Positions 37,201-51,169 of a stretch of DNA of 64,000 nt are shown here, one piece after another. A model generated the notes under the pieces. That model saw nothing but the letters and a program-made list of their open reading frames with translations. It had not been told where the DNA came from and searched no databases. A program made the translations under genes and the position numbers. This DNA is from Octopus bimaculoides (taxonomy: Eukaryota): assembly GCF_001194135.2 (NCBI RefSeq), contig NC_068986.1, forward strand, positions 90,982,813 to 91,046,812, written 5' to 3'. Position 1 is the stretch's first letter. Each line of letters starts with the position of its first letter.

Positions 37201-37889
37201 CATTTCCTGTATTAGCCTTGATCCTATTAAGTCAATTCTTTGACTATTTTTGGTCTGAGTTCTCCCCGACACACTTTCTTGAAATACTGTTGTAACTTGA
37301 ATGCAATTTAAGTATTTTCTCTGTAGGCTCCTCAAACCCAAATGTTCTTCATCTTATTGATTGGAGCTAACCAACAAACTTTTTAATGGTTTGGGAAATA
37401 GGAAGTGCTCATGACCTTTACAGGCCCTATGAAACTGGTACAGTTGTTGTTCATTTTGAAGTCTACAGGAAAAATATAGATGGAAAGGAATTTCCAGAGT
37501 TGATATCCTGAAGGGAATATTAGTTAGTGCAGAGTCTAACTGATTAGAATTAGTTGAGATACTCAAAAGTAATAACAATTATGATTTCTCACATTGAAAA
37601 AGGTCACAAATTTTTAGTGAAGGAGCATGGTCAAATCATTTGATTCAAATATATGCTTGCTACTTACTTTATTGATACTAGATCTTGGTAGGTTTTGAAC
37701 TCAGTACATATACGGTATCACTAAATATTATTAAAATTTTAGTTTGAAGATTTACTATTTCACAATACCAGTAACTATAGCATCAACAAATCTGCATGAC
37801 TGTGGCTATTTAACCAATAAGAATAGTAATTAGTAAGCATTTCTGTATTGCATGCATCCTCTGTATATATTCATCTTTCCTAAAGACTA

Positions 37890-38269
37890 CCCTTCCCAGT
37901 CACATTTTTACTTCCAAATTCATGCTTAATTTACATACACCTGTCTGTATTTCCTGCATACAAACACCCTTTTGTGTACACTCTTATCAATTTATTATAG
38001 AACATGAGAAAAAATGAATCAATGTGAATTATGTTTATAAAAGATTAACCATTCTTTCTGTCTGATGATTCATGCTAAAACTGCACTGTTATTGATGAAA
38101 ATATTGTGCAACAACAATGCATATAATAATTAACCTCCTTACCCCTGAAAATCTGGCAGTCAAAGCAATGTTGAAATAACAAAACAAATTGGCCCATACA
38201 AGTATTAGCTTTGCTGATATCATTTCTTGATTGAATGTTTCCATAATTCCAAGAGGAATCATTTGGGTG
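37890..38269 (+). mobile_element. 3' end/UTR of a CR1/Jockey-like LINE; inverted relative to 40046-40428
   Basis: Aligns by eye to the reverse complement of 40046-40428 with scattered substitutions. Confidence 0.85.
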
Positions 38270-40045
38270 CTCTTAGCATTGCAACAAGTGGAAAATGCAG
38301 TGAGTTGGTAGTTACAGCATAATGCTTGGCTTAATGGATTTGAGTATTTAATTGCTTCTTACTCTACCTTTACAGTGTCAATTCTGCCATATTTTGTCAT
38401 TTCCCAGACACCTTTCTTTGAGTACTCTTGTAATGTAAATGAAATGTATCTTGTGTGTTTTCACTGTGGGTTACTCAATTCAAACCCAAATATTCTAGAG
38501 CTTCGTTGAAGCTAATAAATATGGTTTTAATGATGTAGGATGGGGTAAATGCTCATGATATTTGCAAGCTCTCTGAAACTGGCGAGATAGATACAATTGA
38601 TGTTCACTTTGAACATTTGTAAGTTGAAGTTTGTGGGAAGTGTTGGTAGGAAGGAAATTGCAGGTAGCACACCTCTTGGGAAGGAAGAAAGGAATAGTAG
38701 TTAGAAATGAATTTTTTGTAATTCATTATCATTGCTATTATTATTTCTAAGGTAGTGAATGTATGGATCAGTAGAGTGCTAGAAAAACATCTCTTGCAGT
38801 GTTTAGTTATGATTCTTAAATGTTTTGTGTTCAAATTCCACTGATATTGACAAAATCAACACCAATTAGATTGTTTTCTATTGGGCAGGTTTCAGATCCT
38901 GCCATCTTTAAACTTGGCAGGATTTGATTTATTTTGATTCAATTTTTATCTAGAAAAAATATGAACTGAGATTGTAGAGACAGTGAAAGATACAATTACA
39001 TGCTCTAAACTATTATGCCTAGTCTTACGCTATTTCTGCCAAGTCACTGTCTTTCCTGCTTGTGTTACATATGAAGACCACCCTAATGATTCCTCTTGGC
39101 ATTAGGTAAGCAACCAATCTCACGATGTAGAAGTATACAAATAAATATGCTTGTCATTTCTCATCCAACATATGTTAAGTTGAATTTTTTCTTAATCAGT
39201 AACAAAATCAACATGCACCAAGAAGTCATAGTCACTTGATGTATGCTACATGTATTATTAGATCAATCTTGGAGGAATAAAGGGAATATCACAGCCACTA
39301 ATTCGGAGGGCCCGGCACCATAATTTTAATTAACCTCAGTATTAAACTGGTACTTATATTATTGACTCAAGATGGATAGAAGGCAAACTCAAACCCAGTG
39401 GAATTTGAACTTGAAATATAAAGAGCAGTAACTAAACTCTACAGCACAGTTTTCCCCCAGAATTATCCTTGGCCACAGAAATCAATTGGTGCTTATTTTA
39501 TTGATCCTCATAGAAAAGAAGACATTCAATCATGAAAAATATTTGGACTTGGATTTTATAGGGACATAACTAAATTCCACAGAGTATTTAGTTTGATTTA
39601 GTTTTGCACTTTAACATTTTCTGCAACTAACAATTACAAAGATAACAACAACAACAACAACAACAATAATTATAATAATAATCTTTTATACTGACACAAG
39701 GGTTCAAATGTATGGGGTGGATTTAGTTAATTAAATCCAACTTAGTTCTTTCACTATGTCAATCTTGGAAAGTTTCAAGATAAAGTCAATGTGAGTAAAA
39801 TTTTAACTTGTGGTGTTAAGGAATGAAACCAAATGCTGCAAAGGTTTCCATTGATTCTACCATTCATCATTCTAAAAATAGCAATAGTAATAATGATTAA
39901 TGACAAATTCTACCTTATCAAAGTATGAAATGAGAATGCAGAGATAAAGCAAGATGCAATTAGACACTCTAAACTATTATGCTTTGCATTACACTATTCC
40001 TGCCAGGTCACTGCCTTTCTCACTTGTTGTAATACATACCATGCC

Positions 40046-42110
40046 CACCCAAATGATTCCTCTTGGAATTATGGAAACATTCAATCAATAAATGATCTCA
40101 GCACAGCAAATACTTGTATGGGCCAATTTGTTTTGTTATTTCTACATAGCTTTGACTGCCAGATTTTCAGGGGTAAGGAGGTTAATTATTATAAACATTA
40201 TTGTTGCACAATATTTTCACCAATAACAGTGTAGTTTTAGCATGAATCATCAGGCAGAAAGAATGGTTAATCTGTTTATAAGCGTATTTCACATGTGATT
40301 CATTTTTTCCCTCTTGTTCTATAATAAATTGATAAGAGAGTGCATAAAAGGTGTTTATATGCTGGAAGTATACACAAGTGTATGTAAATTAAATGCCAAT
40401 TTGGATGTAAGCATATGACTGGGAAGGGAGTTCCAGAATGATGCAGTCTTTGAGAAGGAAACAAATGGGAAACCCTTTATAAGGAACCCAGAGGGTGAGA
40501 CATGACAGCATGATAGAAAGAGAGAGGGTGGATGGAGTAGGTTTCCAAAAGTATTGTTTTCAAGATAAGATTTGTATAAGTTATCAGGAATTGTTAGGGT
40601 TAGAGAGTTTCATGATTTTAACTGGACTATTGTTCATGGGCATGAGGAATATAGTATTGTAGGATTTGTTTCCTTGGAATATATATTAGAATTTTGATAT
40701 CAAAGAAAACTGAATTGCTAGTTCTCTTTTCAGAATATCTATTTATGAGAGATGTAGTTGGAGTGTTGAGGCTGCATATTGACAAAACCTGTGTTCAAAA
40801 AGTGAGTTGAGGAATGTAGGATTATGTTATTAGTGTAGAATGAGTTAGCAGGAAAGTCAACATTTTTGTTAGTATTGTCCTAGGTGCAGATATGGGTGTA
40901 TGGTTACAGAGTTTGCTTCCCAACCACATGGTTTCAGGTTTAGTCCCACTGCATAACACCTTAAGCAAGTATCTTCTGCTATAGCACTGGGCTGACCAAA
41001 GCCATGTGAGTGGATTTGATAGACAGAAACTTTAAGAAACCCATCATATATATATATATATAATACAAATAATAAATGAGTCTTTGCATATATACGTACA
41101 TGAATGTACATACCTACATCTACCTGTATATATAGATGCATATCTGGGTACAGGACATTGCAAACAAAACGTAGACAAAATGATAAACAGAGTACAGAAA
41201 ACACACAGGCCACATAAAGAATATTTCCTTCATCAGCTGCCACCATTCTAACACTGGCGTTTTGTATGCATCGGTGTGTGTGTGTGTATTTATGTACATG
41301 TGCATATGTGACTCTTTGTCTTGACATTGCATGGTAGCTGTAAATAATTGTTGTTAATAAAGAGAAGTAAAAGAATAAGAAAGAAGGAATTGAGCTGAAG
41401 AGCTGCTTGGAGCTAGGAAGTATTTTTTTTTCAATTGGTTTGTATTTAAAGAAAAAGTTAAGTACATGGTCTTCTCATACCTTCCAATTCTAGGGAGACA
41501 GGTACTGATAATGTCCCTGTTAAATAGTTACAAGTCAATGGTTGCAGGAATATCAAAAACAGGAATTCTGGGCAGCCAATATCTTGGTTAGGAAGACCTG
41601 AGTATAGTGATTAATTTAGGGTCTGGGAGTGGGGAGACACAATTTAGGTGACAAGAGGAACTTGGATTCAGGAGTTCCTGAATGTGGGACAATAATAGCC
41701 TCTGTGAAGCAAAGGCTATTATTGTAGTGGTAGAAAAGTCAATGAGAGGAGCACATCTGTGCATCTGAAGTTGATAAGAGTTGGTAAACAAATGCATGCC
41801 AATTAGTCTAGTGACCTTTCTTTGGATCAGTCTAAGATATCTGAGTGTGTACTAGCAACACCATCTCAAATATCAAAACGGTACCCCATTGTGGATCTCA
41901 CCTGAGCTTTATATATGGTTAGTAGTTTTGGGGGCTTAAAATATTTATGGTTTCTAAAGAAGGTTAGTCTTTGTGATGCAGTCTAAATTGATGTTTAAAT
42001 TTGAACTAGGATGTAGATTGTGCCGAGGTGTACGTCTGGGTTGATAAACTGGCTGATAAAAGGAGCTATGTTAGCACATTCTTTCATGGTATATTTTTGC
42101 AGAAAAACTG
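40046..42110 (-). mobile_element. Decayed CR1/Jockey-like LINE interrupted by a SINE at ~40880-41345
   Basis: Minus-strand KLLTIYKAQVRSTMGY..I*DG...LD*IQRK, LFYHYNNSLC and SFSKTASFWNSLPSH match the YKAQxRPxMEY, LFYRYY and WNSLP motifs. Confidence 0.75.
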
Positions 42111-42867
42111 ATTTAATTGGATGATAATAGTTGGAGTTCATAAGCTACTTACCTTGCCTGAAGATTCTCACAAATCATTGACTAATTTTTCATACACTTT
42201 TACAAATTTATATGCCATTCTTTTTATTAATTGTAACATGCAACATTTTTTCGCAAATAATGATTGGATAGTTCTACAAATTGAAAACTGTGCAGTTTAG
42301 CTACTTAGCTGCGATATGGAACAAAGATGTCATCAGTTTACTCTCAGTAGCACTGATTAGGTGTGGTAGCTTTATAAAAATCTTTAGATTGATCTTCACT
42401 TCTTTTTTTAAAGAATTAGTCCAGTGGGAATCAATAATGAAACCAGTCTTTCTGGGCAAGAATAATTGAAAGTCAATGCAGAAATATAATGTGTGTGCGT
42501 GTGCATGCATGTGCTTGCATAGATATGCTTTTGTGTTTACAAATGTATGTATATGTATGGTTACATGTGTATGTAACTAGACACACACACACACACATGT
42601 ATGTATATGTGTGTTCATGCTTATAAATGTTTGCATTTATAAGCATATGTGCATGTGTATACATGCCTACACACACTGATATAGCTAACAGTGTCTATCA
42701 CAGTTTGTAAAATAGATAAACTCTACCACTGCATTTTGTAAAAGGTGACAAATAAAGTTGGTTTCAGGAATGACATCTGGCCATTGAATTTGGTTTGAAA
42801 AATGGGCATAAAAATGATGATAAATGATTATTGTGTATGTGTGTGTGTTTATACATGCATTTGTGTG

Positions 42868-43245
42868 TGTGTATATCATTATCATTGGTTAACATCCACT
42901 TCTCCATGCTTGCATTGGTTGGACAGAATTTGTCAAAGCGGATTTTCTGCTGCTGGATGGCCTTTGTGTCATCAACCCTCACTTGTTTTCAAGTAAGATA
43001 ATGCTCCTCATGACCAGACATGTTTTCACGGAAGATTGGAAATAAATAACACTCTTTGCAAAATGGTGACATTCATTTACAACTATCACGTGAAATCAAG
43101 GCAAGGAAAAAGACACACTCACACACATATACAACAAGCTTCTTTCAGTTTCCATCTACCAAAGATACTTACCTAAGGTGCCATGCAGTGGAATTGAACC
43201 AGAGTGCATGTGGCTGGGATGCAAACTTTTTACCACACAATATAT
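42868..43245 (-). mobile_element. Family-B2 SINE: family-B head with RTE-derived 3' tail
   Basis: Head/core as in B1, then a unique segment, then TCCAACCAATGCAAGCATGGAGAAGTGGATGTTAA(TGA)n; second copy at 46680-47100. Confidence 0.7.
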
Positions 43246-43446
43246 ATATATAAACACACACACACATATGCAGGGTGTGTGCCAAAAGTTTGAGCCCAGC
43301 TATGAAATATAAATAAAAATAAATTATTCATTTCCTGTTATTGTGTCATTAAGTATTTTGGCTCAAATCCTTTGGAGGATTTAGATACTTTTATTCAACC
43401 ATCCACATCTCTACTCACACATATGCACATTAATCAGACATGTACG

Positions 43447-43800
43447 TCATCATCATCATCATCATTTAATGTCTATTGTCCATACTGGCATGGGTTGGAC
43501 AGTTTGACCAGAGCTGGGAAGCTGTATTACACTCCCGTCTGATTTGGCTTGGTTTCTATGGCAGGAGGCCCTTCCTAACACCAACTGCTTTACAGTGTGT
43601 GCTGGGTGCTTTTATGTGGCATTGTACAGGTGCTTTTACATGGCACTACACGGGCACTTTTATGTGGCACCTCCATAAGTGCTTTTTCACATCAGAAGGA
43701 CCAGTTTAATACTTCTGCTGCGAAGTATGGGTTTTCTTAAGTACAGCAATGCACCAGACATCTCAGTCCTTTGTCATCTCACCTGAAAGGTTCAGTGTCC
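43447..43800 (-). mobile_element. Older RTE 3' UTR copy
   Basis: (CAT)n TTTAATGTCTATTGTCCATACTGGCATGGGTTGGACAG. Confidence 0.7.
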
Positions 43801-44102
43801 TACAGGTATTTATGTTGAGTCAGTTAAATTATATGGTGGAATAAAATATAGTCAGCCAGGTTGTATAAGTAAACACCATACCTGATGACTGGTGTAGTTG
43901 CATCATAGTCAACTTTTACAAGTCCAATGGAGGTGCCTTAGAGAGCAGTAATTACAGGAATATCAAATAGCAGCCTCACTAGTGCAATGCTGAAGCCATG
44001 AAAAAAATTGTCTGGTACACTTTGTAAAGTGGTTGGTGTTAGGAAGGGCATCTGATCTTAAAAACCATGCCAAAGCCAAGACATTAGAGCAAGACATGGT
44101 CT

Positions 44103-44151
44103 CCCAATTCATGGATTCCCCAATTCATGGATTCCCCAATTCATGGATTCC
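44103..44151. repeat. Perfect 16-bp tandem triplication (CCCAATTCATGGATTC)
   Basis: Directly visible. Confidence 0.95.
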
Positions 44152-44201
44152 ATCATGTGTGTGTGTGTGTGTGTGTGTGTGTACACACACANNNNNNNNN
44201 N

Positions 44202-44255
<54 letters not shown>

Positions 44256-45551
44256 CTAAATATTGCACACATGCCCACAAACATGCGCAAATACCTTGTA
44301 GTTGTTCTTTGAAATTTCAATGAAGGAACATTGAATCCAAGTTAGAAACCAGTTCTTTCTCCATTGGTAAATAAATATAAATAATAACATACATGCATAC
44401 ATTTAATGTACACAAGCACAAAGATGCATTGAGAAAAATTCCATAGAATTGTATCACATATAACTTTAAACATTCTTATAAATCTAGCCATGAGATACAA
44501 TTGTATATCCACACATGAAATATAATCATAAAAAATACATACCCAGAAGCATAAACATACACATGCATGCACACATGTACATACACAGGCATGTGTAAGC
44601 TTACATATATTCACATAGATATACACACACACATATATATGCATAGATATAGATATGTACACATAAGCACATACATTCATAAGCACGTAAACACACACTA
44701 TGTATATACATAAAAATCTTTGTGCCATAAGAGTGAGTGAATATGACAGAATAACATTAGTATGATCAACTTAAAAGGCTTCCATGAATCCATAAAAGTG
44801 AAAGTAAAAGCTCCATCATTCTTATATTCGGTTGTTCATTGTGCACTGTTTACAGTGCATAATCAGAATTTGAATTCGTTTAGAAAAAATAAGTTTGTAT
44901 GCATTTGAAAAAAGAAAAATATTGGTGCAGCTAGTGGTGTACTTTAAATACAGCAAATTCACTGAATAAACAACATTGGATCACATAATTACTTTGGATT
45001 TTAATGCATTGAAGTATGCATATGTGTGTGTATTGAAATTTTGAATTATGCTTATAAATTCACACATGTACATGCATACACAAACATCATTATTGCAACC
45101 ATCATCAACATCATAATTTAATGACCATTCTCCATGCTGGCATGAGTTGGGCTGTTCAACAGGATCTGACAGGTCAGAGGACTCCATTGTACTCCAATGT
45201 CTGTTTTCGGCATGATTCTTGCAGCTGGATGTTCTTTGTAATGCAAGTAATTTGCAAAGTGTACTGGGTACTTTTTATATAGTTCTATTATTAGGAATAA
45301 AGGGGCTCCAACAACTGGTGAGGAATAGGAGAGAGAGAAAAAGTGTATAATGATTTTAGGCAAGGTAAAGAGAGGAAGAGATTTAATAGTCATGAGAGGG
45401 TGGCAGCCGATGAAGTAACAGTAGCCATTAACAGGTGGGTGGAATATGGACAGAACAGAGGGAAGAGATTTATGTTAGTGGTTAGTGAGAAAAGTGGAGG
45501 ACAGGGTGGTAAGGGTGATGAAGTGGGTTGTATAAAGAGTGTTGTCCTACA

Positions 45552-45812
45552 TTAACCCTTTCAACCCCAAATTTTTTACTTGAGAACTTTTTCTCAGGTC
45601 AGTAATGGTGGGGGGGTTGTCATTATAGTATCCTGTCATTTTGAGCTGTCATTATAGTGTCATACAGTCTGATCATACGTCTGGCATTACATACTTATCA
45701 GAATAAACTGTAGCAGTACTATACTGCATCACATAGAATGAGAATTTTTAAGATTTGGGTTGTAAAATTTTTGACTGGTACAAATATGTATTAGCCAGGC
45801 TGAAAGGGTTAA
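45552..45812. mobile_element. TTAA-flanked MITE (piggyBac-like)
   Basis: TTAACCCTTTCA...TGAAAGGGTTAA perfect 12-bp inverted ends including TTAA. Confidence 0.75.
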
Positions 45813-48789
45813 AGGGTGAGTATAGGTTAATGATGTGAGGGGAAGGAACATGAAAGAGAAAAAACAGGTGAGAGAAGTAAGGTTTTAGAGTCATTACAAA
45901 AGATGTATGGGTAAGTCTCATTCACATGTCTCTTTCTGTGAGACATGGGAGGGTGTTGAGGTGGTGAGAAAAGCAGTGGGGGGAGGGTGCAGTATAATAA
46001 GGGAGACAGGAAAGGAGTGATTAACTGTAAATCTATATGTTAACAAGCTAGAGAGCAAGACATGTTTTTGTCTTAGAAGTAAGATTAGAGGCATTGATAT
46101 TTCTGGAAAGAAGAAATTGATAAATTACTGCACAGGCATAGTTCTGTGGTTAAAAAGTTCACTTGGCAAACACACTGTACTTCTCTGTGGAACTTTGACA
46201 AGTGTCTTCTACTAAAGTTCCGGGTCAACCAATGCTTTGCGAGTGAATTTGGAAGACCTGTGGGATAGAAATTCCTTCACTTGAATAAAAGCTACGGGTT
46301 GGTGATAGGAAATGCATCTGGATGTAAAATCCTTAAATATGTCACTAGGTGACCTATACTAGACTAGTATGAAAAAAACTGATATTAAATGAATGACAAA
46401 TGAATTAATGATATACATGTACACAACAAACTTCTACACATATTCTATTTATCAAATTCCACTCAAATGTCTGTTCTATTTAACAAGGCAAAAGACATTT
46501 GATCAAGGTGCTAACCACATAGTTATGAAGGGAACTTTTTTACAGTCAAGCTTATGCTATACATGTGTGCATATGCGTGTGTGTGTGCATATGCGTGTGT
46601 GTGTGCATATGCGTGTGTGTGTGCAGATGCGTGTGTGTGTGCAGATGCGTGTGTGTGTGCATATGTGTGTGTGTGTGTGTGTGTTATCGTTATCATCATT
46701 TAACATCCACTTTTCCATACTTGCTTGGGTCAGACTGAATTTGGTGAGGCTGATTTTCTGCAGCCTATCCTCTTACCAACCCTCATCTGTTTTGAAGGAA
46801 GGTGATATTTCCTAGTTGCTAGACATGTTTTTCTTTAAAGACTGGAAATGAACAACACTGCTTGTATGACAGTGATACTCGTTTACAACCTTCATGTGAT
46901 ATCAAGGCAAGGGTTCACACAAACACATCCACACACTTATTTATATTTGCAAATATACATATGCAATGGATTTATTTTCAGTTTCTGCTTACTAAATCTA
47001 TTCACAAGACTTTTGTCAGTCCAAAGCTACAGTAGAAGACTGAATCTTCAACCATGTGATTGGGAAGCAAGTTTCTTGACCACACAGACATGCCTGTGGC
47101 TATACATATAATAATAATAATGAAGTTATTGTGTATAGTGCTCAGGTGCATTGCAAGCCAAGTCCTATTTCAGCAGATATTGCATTACCTTGAGGCAAAG
47201 CAAGTCATTTTGCTTACTATAAAGTTACTTGACTGACAACAAACTCCATTGATTAGTATTGTTATTTAGTGCCATGTCATACTGATTCAGATGATCTATG
47301 AACAAAGACAAGACATCCCAGCCATAGCCGGCCCATCTGTTTCTCAAGCATAGTTGACTTAAGACCACATTATCCAATATGTTATTTTTCATTAGGTGAT
47401 AAGGTGTGTGTGATTTGAGGAAAATTTGGCAACTATTTCTTGTTGTATGACTGCACAGAGGTTCTCTTGTTGGTACAGGTTTCATAATATAGCATTAAAT
47501 AAACTCACCATACTGATCCCAAGATAAAAAAAAAGGCATGCAGGTGTAGCTGTGTTGTAAAGAAGCTTGCTTCTCAGCCACATGGTTCTGGGTTCAGTGC
47601 CATTGTTTGGTACCTTGGACAAGAGTCTTCTTCTATAGCCTTGGGCTAACCAAAGTCTTGTGAGTGGATTTGGTAAATGGAAACTGAAAGAAGCCTGTCA
47701 TGTGTGTGTGTCTTTGTGTCTGTGTTTGTCCCACCATCGCTTGACAACCAATGTTGGGGTGTTTACATCCCCGTAACTTAGCTGTTTGGCAAAAGAGATC
47801 AATAGAATAAGTACTAGGCTTACAAAGAATAAGTCCTGGGGTCGATTTCTTCAATTAAAGCTCTTTGAGGCAATGCTCCAGCATGGCTGCAGTTAAATGA
47901 CTGAAACAAATAAAAGAATAAAACAGCAATATATATGTGGGTAACAAGAAGAGTATATAACAGTAGAAAATCTATCTCAATGAATTTTGTCTGATCTAAG
48001 CAAGCATGGAAGATTGGACTTCAAAATGATGATGATAAAGATGCATATACACACATATATACATTTATATGTATGAAATAAATCTTTCTTATTTGTTTTT
48101 TGAAGCCAATGCTTCTCATTGGCACTACTCAGTTTTCTGAATTGTTATTCATTATACATGTGCATCATACACACACGCACATGCAAACAAACACATACGT
48201 AATTGACGCTAAAAATAAAATACATGTACTCACACACTTTCAGGTTTTCCTTATAGAATAGTGCATTGTATAGCAAATTAAATCCAACAGACTAACAAAT
48301 ACAGCTAATTAGAGAATTTGTTGAACTACTAATTTGTGTGACCTCCTCCTGTTTATGAGGTCATTCATTGTCCTTAAGGCAAAGTATACAACTGTATTTA
48401 TTTCATTGTATGTAGCTGTAATGTAGCAGATACTACTTTCATTTTATGGGTGAATGGTCAGTATATAAGGTTCTGATTTTAACTAAGAAAAAAATAAAGA
48501 ATTCTCTTCTTTACAACATTCAAATTTGCAGAACCATTCAGTCTGTATTCGTAAATTGAGGCTGTTGATAGCTTTCATTTGCAATATCTTCTTGAAGCTT
48601 ATTTTACATTATGAAGCCTAATATCCAGTCATTGGTGATTGTTAATAATACATTAAACTCATATAATTTTGAAGCATAAAAACAATATGTATCTTTCTGT
48701 TATTATATAATTATTACCAACAGCAACATCATCATTACATTGTCTTGTTTTGTTTTGTTTTTTTCAACATATCAATCAACTATTTAATT

Positions 48790-49470
48790 ATACTGTGCTG
48801 ATATCATCATCATTATAGTATCTAATCTGTATTATTATACTTTTCTCATTATATCATATATCATTGTCATAACTGCATCATCCTGTATAACCACCATTGT
48901 GTCCTCATCATCATATCATCACAACCATGATATCATGATGATGTCATCATGATATCATCATAGCTATATAAATTTTATATATTCACTATTTCACTACTAT
49001 TACATCAGCTTATCTCCAGCACCATCAATTCATTACTGTATCTTCATCTGTAATCTCTTCCCCATAAACATTATACCATCAATATTATCATTGCCATAAA
49101 TACAACATGTCCTATAAGTATATAAGGTTATTAAATACATGACCTGTTTAAATGTTGTCTTATATATGGACAATCTCTATTATCATACCATCATCTGTAT
49201 CTAAAACTTACATTTTCAAGATAGTCATTACTACCAATTATCCACCACAATTAACACCACCACCATCACCATCATCAGCATCATTAGTACTCTCTTGAGT
49301 CCCATCATCACCATTACCTCTATCACTACAAGCATTGTTTTCACTTATACCATGAATACCAACACCATTCTCATTACCCCCACCACCACCATCATTACTA
49401 CTGTCACTATTACTATTCACCCCCTCTCATCAGCATCACCACTACCAATACTTCCACCACTACCATTTTA
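48790..49470. repeat. Degenerate (CAT/CAC)n low-complexity region
   Basis: Directly visible. Confidence 0.8.
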
Positions 49471-50024
49471 TATCACTATCAGAACCTTGCTTCCCATAAA
49501 TCTTTATCAGGTTTTAAAATATAAAACATTTAAAAGTTGTATTATTTCTGTCTCTATGTAGTATATCATCTACATGTAACAACAGGGGGAAACCCTTTTC
49601 AATTATTTTCACTGTTGTTAAAATTCAAACGTATCATCATCATATCTGTCATTTCTTTTTATTTCCACTGTGCCTGGATACAGGGAAGACTAAAATTGTG
49701 CTACCCCAACAACTAAGTGGCTGGCAGAATGCATAGTTCAGTTTAATACCACCACCTGTTACCTGGGTACCTTTTAGTAGAGTTTACACTGTTGCACAGA
49801 AAATAAAGTCAACTAAAGGTAGATTAAATCATTTAGCTCCCTCCCTATCCACGTGTGCTCTGCTGACATTGAGCGGCAGATGTTCCATGTAGACATTGGC
49901 TGTATCAGTCTTATCAATCTAGGAAGGTTTGCAGAGTTAAAGTAAATGAACAGGCACTGCCACACTTTGTCTAACTTATGGTTTGCATCATTCTAGTTGG
50001 GATGATACTCTTTTTACTCTTACT

Positions 50025-50215
50025 CTTTTACTCATTTATTTGTTTCAGTCATTTGACTGTGGCCATGCTGGAGCACCGCCTTTAGTCGAGCAAATCGACC
50101 CCAGGACTTATTCTATCGGTCTCTTTTGCCGAACCGTTAAGTTACAGGGAGGTAAACACACCACCATCGGTTGTCAAGCGATGCTGGGGTGGGGGGGACA
50201 AACACATACACACAA

Positions 50216-50270
<55 letters not shown>

Positions 50271-50436
50271 TACGACGGGCTTCTTTTAGTTTCCATCTAC
50301 CAAATCCACTCACAAGGCTTTGGTCGGCCCGAGGCTATAGTAGAAGATACTTGCCCAAGGTGCCACGCAGTCGGAATGAACCCGGAACCATGTGGTTGGT
50401 AAGCAAGCTACTTACCACACAGCCACTCCTGCGCCT
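50025..50436 (-). mobile_element. Well-preserved family-B1 SINE
   Basis: AGGCGCAGGAGTGGCTGTGTGGTAAG (A box), GGGTTCATTCC (B box), CpGs retained; short deletion between two ACTTATTCT repeats relative to the 30320 copy. Confidence 0.9.
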
Positions 50437-51169
50437 ATATGATTTTGACTGGATTTTAACTTTCAAGCTGTCTAATGTTTGTATGTCCATTTATACATTT
50501 CATTTTGTAGATCTGTGTAGTATTTCTAGAATGTTAGATCTTGAAATGATTCTCTCAAATAACCTTTCATATCTCCTATGACTTTTGTAAATCCTTAAAT
50601 GACTTTTTGTCTTTGCTATATCAATATTAGATTGGCAAATTATGATTGTTGAAATAACTCAACAAGACCCACCAACTATCATCAATACAACTAGTCAGTT
50701 AAATACACATCTGTAAAAGGTTAGGACATTGCACTCAGGATTGTCAGATCATGGTTTCTGTTATATCCTCATGGATAAACAAATACACAGCAACAATATA
50801 ATCAAAACAAACGGCAGTAACCACACGTAACATAACAACAATCTTTTGAAAACCAACAGTCTAACATGCTAACTCGAACTGTAAATTTTGAACTATCAAC
50901 ACCTGAACTAAGGAACTAGCATGAACTCCCTCATTTAGTCAGACTGCTACTATTTATATGTAGTGGTCCAGTCCATTCTCACCAGGGGGCTTTTACTCTT
51001 GCACAACATCTCCCCTTTTGAGATTTTGTGTTCCAAAGAAATAAAGAAATTTTATATATATATTTTATTAGTATCTCTCTCACTTGAGCATTATCTCAAG
51101 GTGTTCTGTCTGTTTTCTGTTTTTACTTGCTGATTCTATGGGTCTTTATTACTTTTGGTACCGGTACAT

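Noticed and set aside
37890-40428. Terminal inverted repeats of a 2.5-kb DNA transposon
   Set aside because: The right arm continues seamlessly into LINE RT sequence (WNSLP), so both arms are LINE 3' ends.
50390-50436. Functional tRNA genes (also 60641-60725 and 18530-18600)
   Set aside because: A/B boxes are present but there is no complete cloverleaf, and each continues into a SINE body.
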